A stretch of 64,000 nt of DNA, from assembly GCA_947053595.1 (NCBI GenBank), contig CAMRSX010000005.1, positions 5,212-69,211 on the forward strand. The letters are read 5' to 3'. The notes under the pieces are model-generated. The model saw only the letters and a program-made list of their open reading frames with translations. It was not told the origin of the DNA and ran no database searches. Of this stretch, positions 56,174 to 64,000 are shown one piece after another; position 1 is the stretch's first letter; every line of letters starts with the position of its first letter. This DNA is from an uncultured Clostridia bacterium. GTDB lineage: Bacteria; Bacillota; Clostridia; Christensenellales; UBA1242. The translations under genes and the position numbers were made by a program.

Positions 56174-57009
56174 GCGGGCTGATTTTGAAAAAAGAGGCCA
56201 ATCTTTTTCAGGTGGAAGAAGGTGGGCAAGTTGTTGTTTGCGTGGCAAGAAAAAACTTGAAGAAAGATGGCATTTTTGTGGGGGACAGGGTGCAGTTGGA
56301 TGCGGACGGCGCCATTGCAAAAGTTTTGCCACGACAAAACTTGTTGATTAGGCCGCCACTTGCAAATTTGCAGCGAATGCTGATTGTGGTTGCGCCTGTG
56401 CCAAAGCCAGACTTATACACCGTGGACAAGCTTTTGGTGTTTTGTCAGCGCAATGGCATTGTGCCAATTTTATGCATAAACAAATGTGATTTGGATGAAA
56501 ACTTTTGCAAAAACTTGCAAAAAACTTATAAAAACATTGCAAAAACCATTGTTTTTTCAACTTTGGATGACAGCGTGCAAGTGCTTCAGGCGGAAATTGT
56601 GGGCATCTGCGCCCTTGCAGGGCAAAGCGCAGTGGGGAAATCTTCCATCATCAACGCTCTCACAAAGTCTTGCGTGGCAAAGGTGGACACCTTCAGCAAG
56701 AAGATTGAGCGCGGAAAGCAAACCACAAGAGTTGTGCAGCTTTATCAGTTTGTGGACGGCTATCTTGCCGACACAGCAGGCTTTTCCAAGTTGGACGAAG
56801 GTTTGCTGGATGTGGACTATTCTGCACTTTGGCGATATTATCCTGACTTTTTGACATTTGCGGAAAACTGCAAATATAAAACTTGCACTCACACTGGGGG
56901 CAAGGATTGTGGCGTTGTTGAAGCGGCAAAGCTTGGCAAAATTGCCAAGGAGCGCTTTGAAAACTATAAAAAACTGTATGAAACACTCAAAAACATCAAA
57001 AGATATTGA
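56170..57009 (+). CDS. rsgA: ribosome small-subunit-dependent GTPase A
   Basis: NKCDL, GQSAVGKSSIINAL, C-terminal zinc knuckle CKYKTCTHTGGKDCGV. Confidence 0.93.
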   Translation: MSGLILKKEANLFQVEEGGQVVVCVARKNLKKDGIFVGDRVQLDADGAIAKVLPRQNLLIRPPLANLQRMLIVVAPVPKPDLYTVDKLLVFCQRNGIVPILCINKCDLDENFCKNLQKTYKNIAKTIVFSTLDDSVQVLQAEIVGICALAGQSAVGKSSIINALTKSCVAKVDTFSKKIERGKQTTRVVQLYQFVDGYLADTAGFSKLDEGLLDVDYSALWRYYPDFLTFAENCKYKTCTHTGGKDCGVVEAAKLGKIAKERFENYKKLYETLKNIKRY

Positions 57010-57065
57010 TGAAAAGCTTTGATTACGGCAGCAAAAATGTTAAAATTATGTTGTTAGGAGATTTT

Positions 57066-57734
57066 ATGAAAAAGAATGTGGATATTTCTGTTTCAACACT
57101 GGTGGTGAGCGATTTTCAAGGCATCATTGAATATGCAAAAGCAATGCAGGGCGTGTCAGAGTTTTTGCATTGCGATGTCATCAATGAAAATTTTGTTAAA
57201 GGCGCAACTTATGACCACAGCCTTGTGAAAAACATCAATCGCAACAGCCTTATTATGCTGGATGTGCATCTGATGGTTAACGAGCCAAGCGAAGATATTG
57301 CAAAATATATTGAGGCGGGTGCAAACATCATCACTGTGCACTATGAAGCTTTTGAAAACAAGGAAGATTTGGTGAACGCCATCAAGTTCATTAAGGCTCA
57401 CAATGTTTTGGCGGGCATTGCCATCAATCCAACCACACCATTTAAGGACGTGCGCTCTTTTGTGTTCAACTGCGATGTTGTGCTGGTGATGGGTGTCACT
57501 CCGGGCAATTATGGTCAGGCGCTTTTGCCAGAAACCATTGACAAGGTGAAGGAAATTGACAATTTCAGAGCCGAAAACAATCTGCGCTTTAAAATTGAGT
57601 TTGACGGGGGCGTGAATGTGGAAAATGCCAAAACACTCATTTCAAGCGGTGCGGACATCTTGGTGAGCGGCAGCTATGTTTTTAATGCCAAAAACCGCAA
57701 AGATGCAATAAAAAAATTAAAGAATCAGGATTGA
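57066..57734 (+). CDS. rpe: ribulose-phosphate 3-epimerase
   Basis: LHCDVINENF...LDVHLMV...ITVHYEA...FDGGVN. AGGAG SD before 57066. Confidence 0.92.
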   Translation: MKKNVDISVSTLVVSDFQGIIEYAKAMQGVSEFLHCDVINENFVKGATYDHSLVKNINRNSLIMLDVHLMVNEPSEDIAKYIEAGANIITVHYEAFENKEDLVNAIKFIKAHNVLAGIAINPTTPFKDVRSFVFNCDVVLVMGVTPGNYGQALLPETIDKVKEIDNFRAENNLRFKIEFDGGVNVENAKTLISSGADILVSGSYVFNAKNRKDAIKKLKNQD

Positions 57735-57742
57735 ATAAACAA

Positions 57743-58369
57743 ATGATTAAAACAATTATTTTTGATTTTGATGGCACAATGTATGTGGGCAACAACGGTG
57801 ATGTTAAAGCATATGAAAAGCAGTTGATTGAAGGCTGTTTTGGAAAGAATGTCTACAGCTTTTTGCAAGAGAAATATGATGTAAGAAAAAAGGAAATTAA
57901 GTCGATTGTTGAGCTTTGCAAAAAAGAAGGGCTGGATTTTGCAAAATTGGCAATGGCTTTTGAAGATAATTTCTTTAGACACACTGGCACCGGAGTGAAA
58001 GTCTTGCCAAACAGTTTCTTTAAGAAGTTGAAAGAAAAGTGTAAGATTTATATTGCTTCAATGTCGGGTCAAAAATATTTGAAGTATTATCTTAAATTTT
58101 ATGGAATAGACATCCAAAATTTCACAGATGTCTTTTCGATGGATTTGTTGAAAGACTCCTCCAAAGCGGATATGATGAAAAGGATTATGGAAGACGAGGG
58201 GAACAAACCAGAAGAGGTTTTGATGATTGGAGATAACTTCTCAAGCGACATAAAACCTGCGCAACAGCTTGGGATGAATGCTCTTCACTTTTTGGGTGAT
58301 TTCAATCAGCTTTATGACTATTTCACTCAAAACAACATTTTGGATTGTGAGGAATTTAAAAAAATGTGA
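57743..58369 (+). CDS. HAD-superfamily hydrolase
   Basis: IIFDFDGTMY...MIGDNFSSDIKPAQQLGM. Start could be 57743 (ATG) or 57731 (TTG). Confidence 0.8.
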   Translation: MIKTIIFDFDGTMYVGNNGDVKAYEKQLIEGCFGKNVYSFLQEKYDVRKKEIKSIVELCKKEGLDFAKLAMAFEDNFFRHTGTGVKVLPNSFFKKLKEKCKIYIASMSGQKYLKYYLKFYGIDIQNFTDVFSMDLLKDSSKADMMKRIMEDEGNKPEEVLMIGDNFSSDIKPAQQLGMNALHFLGDFNQLYDYFTQNNILDCEEFKKM

Positions 58370-58435
58370 AATGTTTGAAAAATTTATTGCTTTTTTTGTA
58401 TTTTTATGATAATATGTTAAAGCAATAAAAAATAT

Positions 58436-58510
58436 GGTCCCATGGTCAAGCGGTTAAGACGCCGCCCTCTCACGGCGGAATCAGGGGTTCGATTCCCCTT
58501 GGGACTACCA
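58436..58510 (+). tRNA. tRNA-Glu (anticodon CUC), CCA encoded
   Basis: Folds by hand: acceptor GGTCCCA/TGGGACT, anticodon stem CCGCC/GGCGG with loop CTCTCAC, T-arm AGGGG-TTCGATT-CCCCT, 3' ACCA. Confidence 0.9.
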
Positions 58511-58513
58511 AAT

Positions 58514-58548
58514 GAAAAAATCGTTTTGTTGGATGAAGCGATTTTTTT
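58514..58548 (+). terminator. terminator after tRNA-Glu
   Basis: AAAAAATCGTTT...AAGCGATTTTTTT. Confidence 0.7.
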
Positions 58549-58686
58549 ATTAAAATTGATTATGTGAATGTCCCAAGGGTGAAATTGCATGGCAATTTCT
58601 GTTTCGCGTCGCGAAACAATCGAACCCCAGCGGACTTCGTCGCGAATGCTCTTGCAAGCAAGCATTGCGCTCCTCGTCATCACAAA

Positions 58687-58719
58687 TTCGATTCCCCTTG
58701 GGACTACCAAATGAAAAAA
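58687..58719 (+). repeat. 33-nt exact duplicate of the tRNA-Glu T-loop-to-3'-end plus 10 nt of flank
   Basis: TTCGATTCCCCTTGGGACTACCAAATGAAAAAA occurs at 58488-58520 and again at 58687-58719. Confidence 0.9.
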
Positions 58720-59280
58720 CTGCGCTTTGGGCTCAGTTTTGCCACAAGTGTCAAAACATTACGCTTTGACGCTTGTTTTTTCATTTTCGCCGCCAAACGA
58801 AAGTCGCACGCCGCTACGCTTAGTTGGCGACTTTGCGGCGACTCTCTTGCGAAGAAAATGCGTCGAAGTGGGAGAAGGTGACTTTGCAAAAAAAATGAAC
58901 TTGCGATGACTTTGTTTTGAGCGCACTGCAAGTAAGGATTGCATTGTTAGAAATTTTATTGTAATTTAAATTAGGTTAAAAAAACTGCGCTTTGGGCTCA
59001 GTTTTGCCACAAGTGTCAAAACATTACGCTTTGACGCTTGTTTTTTCATTTTCGCCGCCAAACGAAAGTCGCACGCCGCTACGCTTAGTTGGCGACTTTG
59101 CGGCGACTCTCTTGCGAAGAAAATGCGTCGAAGTGGGAGAAGGTGACTTTGCAAAAAAAATGAACTTGCGATGACTTTGTTTTGAGCGCACTGCAAGTAA
59201 GGATTGCATTGTTAGAAATTTTATTGTAATTTAAATTAGGTTAAAAAAACTGCGCTTTGGGCTCAGTTTTGCCACAAGTG
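58714..59280. repeat. tandem direct repeat, 265-bp unit x about 2.14, copies identical by eye; the unit is built from family-2 blocks
   Basis: CTGCGCTTTGGGCTCAG starts at 58720, 58985 and 59250 (period 265). The third copy breaks after GCCACAAGTG. Confidence 0.9.
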
Positions 59281-59364
59281 GCAGATTTTTTTTATGCTAA
59301 ATTAAAAAATCTCTCTTGAATTTTTAAGAGAGATGTGTTATCATTTGCTTGCAAGGAGTTTGAC

Positions 59365-60780
59365 ATGGAAAAAAACAAGAAAAATCCACCTAAAGAATTT
59401 GTTGTGCCAGAAGGGTTTGATTTCACTGATTCCGAGGCGGTTTTGAGGCTGCTTACTGCTGACAAAAGTGAAAATTCTAGCAAAGAGGAAGTTGATTTGG
59501 ATGAAGAGCAATATTTTCAACCTCTGCTTGAAATTTTGGAGGAGGCAGCAAAGTTGTCCAAAAGTTCTCCTGCAAAATGCAAAACAATTGACACGGGTTT
59601 GATTTTGATTTCGCTTATTAAAGACAAGAGGACGGCTCTTTCCAAAGCATTTTATGAATTGAACAAATCGGATATTTTGAGCGTTGTGGGTTATTGCGCA
59701 AGGTGTTCAATGTTGGGAGAACGCGTTCCAATGGATTTGCTGGGTTATTCTTGTTCTGGCGAAGTTAGAGACATTGTGTTTGCCGCAAGGTTATATCATC
59801 AGCTTGACCCAGATGTGAACATTCTTGATGTTGTTTCAAGGCTCATCCTTTCAAGCGAAAGATGCAATGCCAAGCTTGCCATGACAATGCTGTTGCAGCA
59901 AGATGTGCAAACTTTGGAAAATGCAATCAACTTGGCGCTTTTTTCCTGTCACAAGACAAAAAGTGGAAGCAAAAATTTTGAACTTCTTCCTCCAGAGCTT
60001 TCAAATCTTTCGGAGAGCATGAAAAGCAAAGAGCCAGTGCTTGCCAAAAGAGAAAAAGAGCTTAAGCTTTTGCAAAATGCGCTTTGCACAATGGAAAAGC
60101 CAAACGCGCTTTTGGTGGGGCCTGCGGGCACGGGAAAATCTGCAATTGTGGAATATCTTGCATATCTGTTGGCGCTCAACAAAGCTTCGCCAATGCTGGA
60201 AGGCAAAAAAATATATCAGTTGGACATGGCTTCTTTTGTTGCGGGCAGCAAATATGTTGGCGAGCTTGAATCAAAGTTTATTAGGCTTATGAACAATGTG
60301 CTTTCTTTGGAAAATGCAATTTTGTTTGTTGACGAAGCTCACACCATTGTTGGGGCGGGGCAGGGCATGAACTCAAACACAGATGTTGCACAGCTTTTAA
60401 AGCCATATCTTGCCAGAGGTGACATCCGCATGGTGGGCGCAACAACGGCTGAAGAATATGACAGAATCATAAAAAAAGATGCGGCATTCAAGCGAAGATT
60501 TCAAGTTATTGAGGTGCTTGAGCCGTCAATTCCTGACACGATTGACATGGTGAGTATGCAAAAAGCCAAGCGCGAAAGCTTTTATAATGTTGTGATTGAC
60601 GAAAAGCTTGTGCCATTCATTGTTTCGCTTGCCAATGAAAAAATAAAAGATTATGCTTTTCCAGACAAAGCGGTTTCGGTTATGGACACAGCGTGCGTGA
60701 ATGCAATTGCAGAAAGACAAGACAGAACGCAAATTATGGAAGTGAAACAAAAGCATGTTGAAAATGTGTTTGAAAAATGA
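59365..60780 (+). CDS. Clp/Hsp100-like AAA+ ATPase with Clp-N repeats and the D1 module only
   Basis: AAGGAG SD. Two Clp_N-like repeats; Walker A GPAGTGKS, Walker B ILFVDEAH, ...GATTAEEYDRIIKKDAAFKRRFQVIEVLEPS.... Stops right after the D1 small domain. Confidence 0.8.
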   Translation: MEKNKKNPPKEFVVPEGFDFTDSEAVLRLLTADKSENSSKEEVDLDEEQYFQPLLEILEEAAKLSKSSPAKCKTIDTGLILISLIKDKRTALSKAFYELNKSDILSVVGYCARCSMLGERVPMDLLGYSCSGEVRDIVFAARLYHQLDPDVNILDVVSRLILSSERCNAKLAMTMLLQQDVQTLENAINLALFSCHKTKSGSKNFELLPPELSNLSESMKSKEPVLAKREKELKLLQNALCTMEKPNALLVGPAGTGKSAIVEYLAYLLALNKASPMLEGKKIYQLDMASFVAGSKYVGELESKFIRLMNNVLSLENAILFVDEAHTIVGAGQGMNSNTDVAQLLKPYLARGDIRMVGATTAEEYDRIIKKDAAFKRRFQVIEVLEPSIPDTIDMVSMQKAKRESFYNVVIDEKLVPFIVSLANEKIKDYAFPDKAVSVMDTACVNAIAERQDRTQIMEVKQKHVENVFEK

Positions 60781-60883
60781 GGAATTTTCGACAGCCTTGT
60801 TGTTTTAAACAGACTTGAATGAAAAAGAAAATGCGGATGTGTTTTCTTGTGTATTGTGATGATAAAAAATTAGAGGTGAAAAG

Positions 60884-61498
60884 ATGAGTGAGAAGATTGT
60901 GGTGCCAAACTTGGTGGAATATGATGGCGTGGTGGGCTTTGTGCACAGAAAGAAGGGCTATGCGTCTGAAATTGATTATATGTTTTTCATGAACGGAAAC
61001 GGTGTGCAACAAGTTGTGGTTGTGAAAGAAGAAAAAGAAAAGATTAAACAAGACAAAAACTTTTTGTTTGTTTTGCCAAGGTTTTGTGAGAAGCCTGCTT
61101 GCAAAAAGGAGGGCATGGCGGTGCTGCAAGGTGAGGCTGCGCTTGGCAAGGACAGCTTCAAAAATTTGGGGGATGTCAACTTGGTTGTCACGCACAAATG
61201 CTCGCTGTTTTTGCATCCTCAAACTTTTGACAGCGGCGCCACGGTTAGGCTTGTGCTGCCAAAGGACATGGGGCTGTTTTGCGTTGCTCCGCCAAAAGGC
61301 TATGTTTTTCCATATCTTTTGATTGCACAAAAAAGCTTTATGAAAAAAATTGGCTGTGCAAAACAGCAAACATCTGTGCCAAGTTTTGGGGTTTATCGCT
61401 TTGGCGTGGAGGTGGACACAACAAGGTTTTATGACCGCGTGGCACGCAGTGTTGAAACTGAGAAAATTTTGCCAGATGCAGAAAGAAACTTGAAATGA
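60884..61498 (+). CDS. hypothetical protein (204 aa), co-directional with the AAA+ gene
   Basis: GAGGTGA SD and normal composition. No recognisable motif. Confidence 0.65.
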   Translation: MSEKIVVPNLVEYDGVVGFVHRKKGYASEIDYMFFMNGNGVQQVVVVKEEKEKIKQDKNFLFVLPRFCEKPACKKEGMAVLQGEAALGKDSFKNLGDVNLVVTHKCSLFLHPQTFDSGATVRLVLPKDMGLFCVAPPKGYVFPYLLIAQKSFMKKIGCAKQQTSVPSFGVYRFGVEVDTTRFYDRVARSVETEKILPDAERNLK

Positions 61499-61526
61499 AG
61501 CAAAGAAATTTTCTTTGCTTTTTTTA
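61499..61526 (+). terminator. rho-independent terminator
   Basis: AGCAAAGAA-ATT-TTCTTTGCT plus T7. Confidence 0.85.
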
Positions 61527-61693
61527 GTTAAAATGCTTTATGGCTGTGGGGTTTGTGCCTGAGTTTTTGGCAGGGGATTGCAAAAGTGGAGGTGGAATTT
61601 TGTGAAGAAAAAAGAAAAAATTTAATTTGCTGAAAAAGCCTTGCTTTTCTTATGTAAAAAATGTTACAATTTAGAAAACTTAAAGGGGAGAGC

Positions 61694-62110
61694 ATGGCTT
61701 TAAAAATTCAGTTCAATGCAATATACCGCAAAATCAAGCTGATTTTGATTAAGGGAATGTTTAAAAAGATTAAGGACAAGGGTGAGGGTTTAAGCTCATC
61801 TGAATATTTTTGTTTGGAATGCATCAACCTTATGGACAAGCCAACAATCTCCCAGTTTGCAGCCTTCTTGGACATCTCTTCTCCAAACGCAACTTACAAG
61901 GTGAAGACGCTCATCAACAAAGGTTACATCAGCAAAGAGAAGTCTGAAAAAGACGGAAGGGAATATTTGCTTGTGCCAACCAAAAAGTTTTATGACACCT
62001 TTGAAAGCAAAGAGGATGAAACCAGCATCAACGCGCTGAAGAAAGATCTAAGCAAAGGCGAAAGCAAAAAGTTTGAAAAGATTTTAAACATCTTGACAGA
62101 AAAAAATTGA
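61694..62110 (+). CDS. MarR-family transcriptional regulator
   Basis: GGGGAG SD. LSSSEYFCLECINLMDKPTISQFAAFLDISSPNATYKVKTLINKGYISKEKSEKDGREY (winged HTH). Confidence 0.75.
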   Translation: MALKIQFNAIYRKIKLILIKGMFKKIKDKGEGLSSSEYFCLECINLMDKPTISQFAAFLDISSPNATYKVKTLINKGYISKEKSEKDGREYLLVPTKKFYDTFESKEDETSINALKKDLSKGESKKFEKILNILTEKN

Positions 62111-62111
62111 A

Positions 62112-62141
62112 GGACGATTTTTTAATAAATCGCCCTTTTTT
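62112..62141. terminator. bidirectional terminator (MarR gene / glmM)
   Basis: GGACGATTT-N6-AAATCGCCC plus T6. Confidence 0.65.
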
Positions 62142-62174
62142 GTTGAAAATGCTTTAAAATTTTTGAAAAGACTC

Positions 62175-63476
62175 TTAAATTTGCAAAATGGTTTGCTTGA
62201 TTTTGTTTGCAAGTTCCTTTGCCTTTTCTTCGTCTGGAAATTCCACCACAATGCGGATTTTGTCCTCTGTTCCGCTGGCGCGAATAAGAAGTCGCCCAGC
62301 AGGGGAAATTTCGTTGGCAATTTGATTGGAAAGATTTTTAAGTTGCTCGTTGTTTAAGATTTTCATCTTGTCCTTCACTGGCACATTGATGTTGCACTGT
62401 GGAATGAGCTTGGCATCAAACAACTCTTCCAAAGTTTTTCCGCTTTGTTTCATGATTTCGCAGATTTTCAGCGATGTCAAAATGCCATCACCAGTTTGCG
62501 CGTGCGTTTTGATGATGATGTGTCCAGATTGCTCTCCGCCCAGTTTTAGGTTCATTTTTTCCATTGCTTCAATCACATATTTGTCGCCAATGTCCGTGCG
62601 CACCAAGTTGATTTTGTTGCGATTTAAGCCCACCATAATTCCGCTGTTGGTGTGGCTGGTGCCCACCACAGAGTTGGCAAAAAGTTGCCCTTTCTCTTTC
62701 ATGTTTTTTGCCAATATGTAAAGCAGTTTGTCGCCATCAAACACATTTCCAGCCTTGCTGACGGCAATCACTCTGTCGGCATCGCCATCATAGGCAAATC
62801 CCACATCGGCATTGTTTTTCTTGACACCTTCCACCAGATGCTGGATGTGCAAGCAGCCGCAATGGGTGTTGATTCTTCTGCCGTCACCACTGCAAGCATA
62901 TTTGAATACGGTTGCCTGCAAGCTTTTGAAAACCTTTGGGGCAAGTTTGCAAGCTGCGCCATTGCTGGCATCGATGCAAACCTTCAAACCTTTCAAATCC
63001 ACATCAATGCAGTTTTTGAGATGTTCAAAATATTTGTTTTGCAGCCCGTCTTTTTGGAAAAATCTGCCGCACGCACAGGCAACAAAATTACTTTTGAAAA
63101 ACTCTTCCAAAAACTCTTCCTCGCTGTCAGAAATCTTGCGCCCGTTCTGCGCAAAAATTTTGATGCCATTAAACTCGGGCGTATTGTGAGATGCAGTCAC
63201 CATGATGCCATAGTCAAACTTTTCGCACTCTGTTAAATATGAAATGGTGGCGGTTGGAACAACGCCAACGCCCGTCACATTGCCTCCGCCTTGAATGATT
63301 CCTGCAGCCAAAGCCAGCGTGAGGGCGTCTGCCGAGCAACGCGTGTCGTGGCCAATAAGCACATTTGGAAAAGCCTTAATTTGCGTGAGGGCATTGCCAA
63401 CAGCAAAAGCAAGGTCGCAAGTGAGCGTCTTGCCATATTCGCCCCTAATTCCGTCAGTGCCAAAATAATCTGCCAT
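62175..63476 (-). CDS. glmM: phosphoglucosamine mutase
   Basis: YFGTDGIRG...TASHNTPEFNGIKIF...DGDADR...GEQSGH. Confidence 0.96.
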   Translation of the reverse strand: MADYFGTDGIRGEYGKTLTCDLAFAVGNALTQIKAFPNVLIGHDTRCSADALTLALAAGIIQGGGNVTGVGVVPTATISYLTECEKFDYGIMVTASHNTPEFNGIKIFAQNGRKISDSEEEFLEEFFKSNFVACACGRFFQKDGLQNKYFEHLKNCIDVDLKGLKVCIDASNGAACKLAPKVFKSLQATVFKYACSGDGRRINTHCGCLHIQHLVEGVKKNNADVGFAYDGDADRVIAVSKAGNVFDGDKLLYILAKNMKEKGQLFANSVVGTSHTNSGIMVGLNRNKINLVRTDIGDKYVIEAMEKMNLKLGGEQSGHIIIKTHAQTGDGILTSLKICEIMKQSGKTLEELFDAKLIPQCNINVPVKDKMKILNNEQLKNLSNQIANEISPAGRLLIRASGTEDKIRIVVEFPDEEKAKELANKIKQTILQI

Positions 63477-63602
63477 AAAAAACCTCCACAGGTTTGTTTA
63501 TGACAAAAGTCTGCCAAAAGTTAATTAAAAAGTGCGCAAAACACATATTTTGCTTGCAAAGCGAAGGCTTTTTCATGTAAAATACAAAGTAAGAGAGTGC
63601 AT

Positions 63603-64000
63603 ATGATTGACAAAGATGGATTTGAAAGGCCAGACAGTGCAGACCAACACATTTTGGAACTTAAAAATCAAAAGAGAAAGGTTGTGTTTGATGAAAACTA
63701 TAGATTCCGTCCGCGCAACATCTTTTTTCGCGCATGGGCGGCGTTTATTCGCTTTGTTGCAGTTTTGCTGCTGAACCCTTTTTTGAAGATGAAGTATCAT
63801 TTTGGCATATATGGAAAACAAAATGCCAAAAGTTTAAAAAAACAGGCGTTTGTTTGCACGTGCAACCATGTGCATTATTTTGACGATGTTTCCATTGGCA
63901 CAAATTTGTTTGCATGGCGAAAGGTTTATTTCACCACCCTTGACGCCAACATAAGGCGCCCGCTGATTGGGTTTTTTCTGCGCTCGCTGGGCGGCATACC
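63603..64000 (+). CDS. 1-acyl-sn-glycerol-3-phosphate acyltransferase family protein, 5' part (runs off window)
   Basis: ATG at 63603. Open to the window end; NHVHYFD (NHxxxxD acyltransferase motif). Confidence 0.75.
   Translation, partial: MIDKDGFERPDSADQHILELKNQKRKVVFDENYRFRPRNIFFRAWAAFIRFVAVLLLNPFLKMKYHFGIYGKQNAKSLKKQAFVCTCNHVHYFDDVSIGTNLFAWRKVYFTTLDANIRRPLIGFFLRSLGGI

Noticed and set aside
58417-59209. Several 60-105-aa ORFs on both strands across the tRNA and tandem-repeat region
   Set aside because: They run through a tRNA gene or simply repeat with the 265-bp period. No SDs. They are interpreted as non-coding repeat DNA.
58714-59280. Possibility that the direct repeats are a CRISPR array
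   Set aside because: The unit is 265 bp with no short repeat / unique spacer alternation. The copies are identical throughout, and there are no cas genes in the window.
60734-61369. 211-aa minus-strand ORF competing with the 204-aa plus-strand hypothetical
   Set aside because: The minus product is F/H/L/Q/N-rich shadow-type sequence without an SD. The plus ORF has a GAGGTGA SD and balanced composition, and ends at a strong terminator.

Overview
The window looks like a moderate/low-GC Firmicutes chromosome, probably a Clostridia-like endospore former, since spoIIE, a CwlD-type amidase and whiA are present. Gene order is mostly conserved housekeeping. Bases 1-15.9 kb hold the S10-spc-alpha ribosomal supercluster, from the rpsJ 3' end to rplQ, including secY-adk-map-infA-rpmJ. 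After that come murB, whiA, dnaE, tkt, spoIIE-tilS, T-box-controlled tyrS, recX-acpS-mazEF, rpoZ-priA-def-fmt-rlmN-rsgA-rpe, tRNA-Glu(CUC) and glmM. No integrase, transposase, CRISPR array or known defence system is visible. The unusual content falls into five groups. (1) Two families of short dispersed hairpin-forming repeats fill operon-internal spacers; one copy sits in frame inside murB, and another forms a 265-bp x2.1 tandem array. (2) Two att-like scars are present: the tRNA-Glu 3' end is duplicated 199 bp downstream, and the last 76 nt of a GGGtGRT-family gene is duplicated 148 bp away with only synonymous changes. (3) An AT-rich BspA-type LRR cassette has displaced the 5' end of the amidase gene and left a diverged 5' pseudogene fragment. 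(4) Several modules have no assignable function: a D1-only Clp-like AAA+ protein with a 204-aa partner, a GGGtGRT plus NifU-like pair, and an orphan tail-fibre-like protein. (5) Several housekeeping paralogues look degenerate or expanded: uL24 with a Cys4 knuckle and a basic tail, bL17 with an insertion, a YugP-like protein lacking HExxH, and a shikimate-kinase-like protein lacking a P-loop. All calls come from reading the translations and the DNA by eye; no database search was run.
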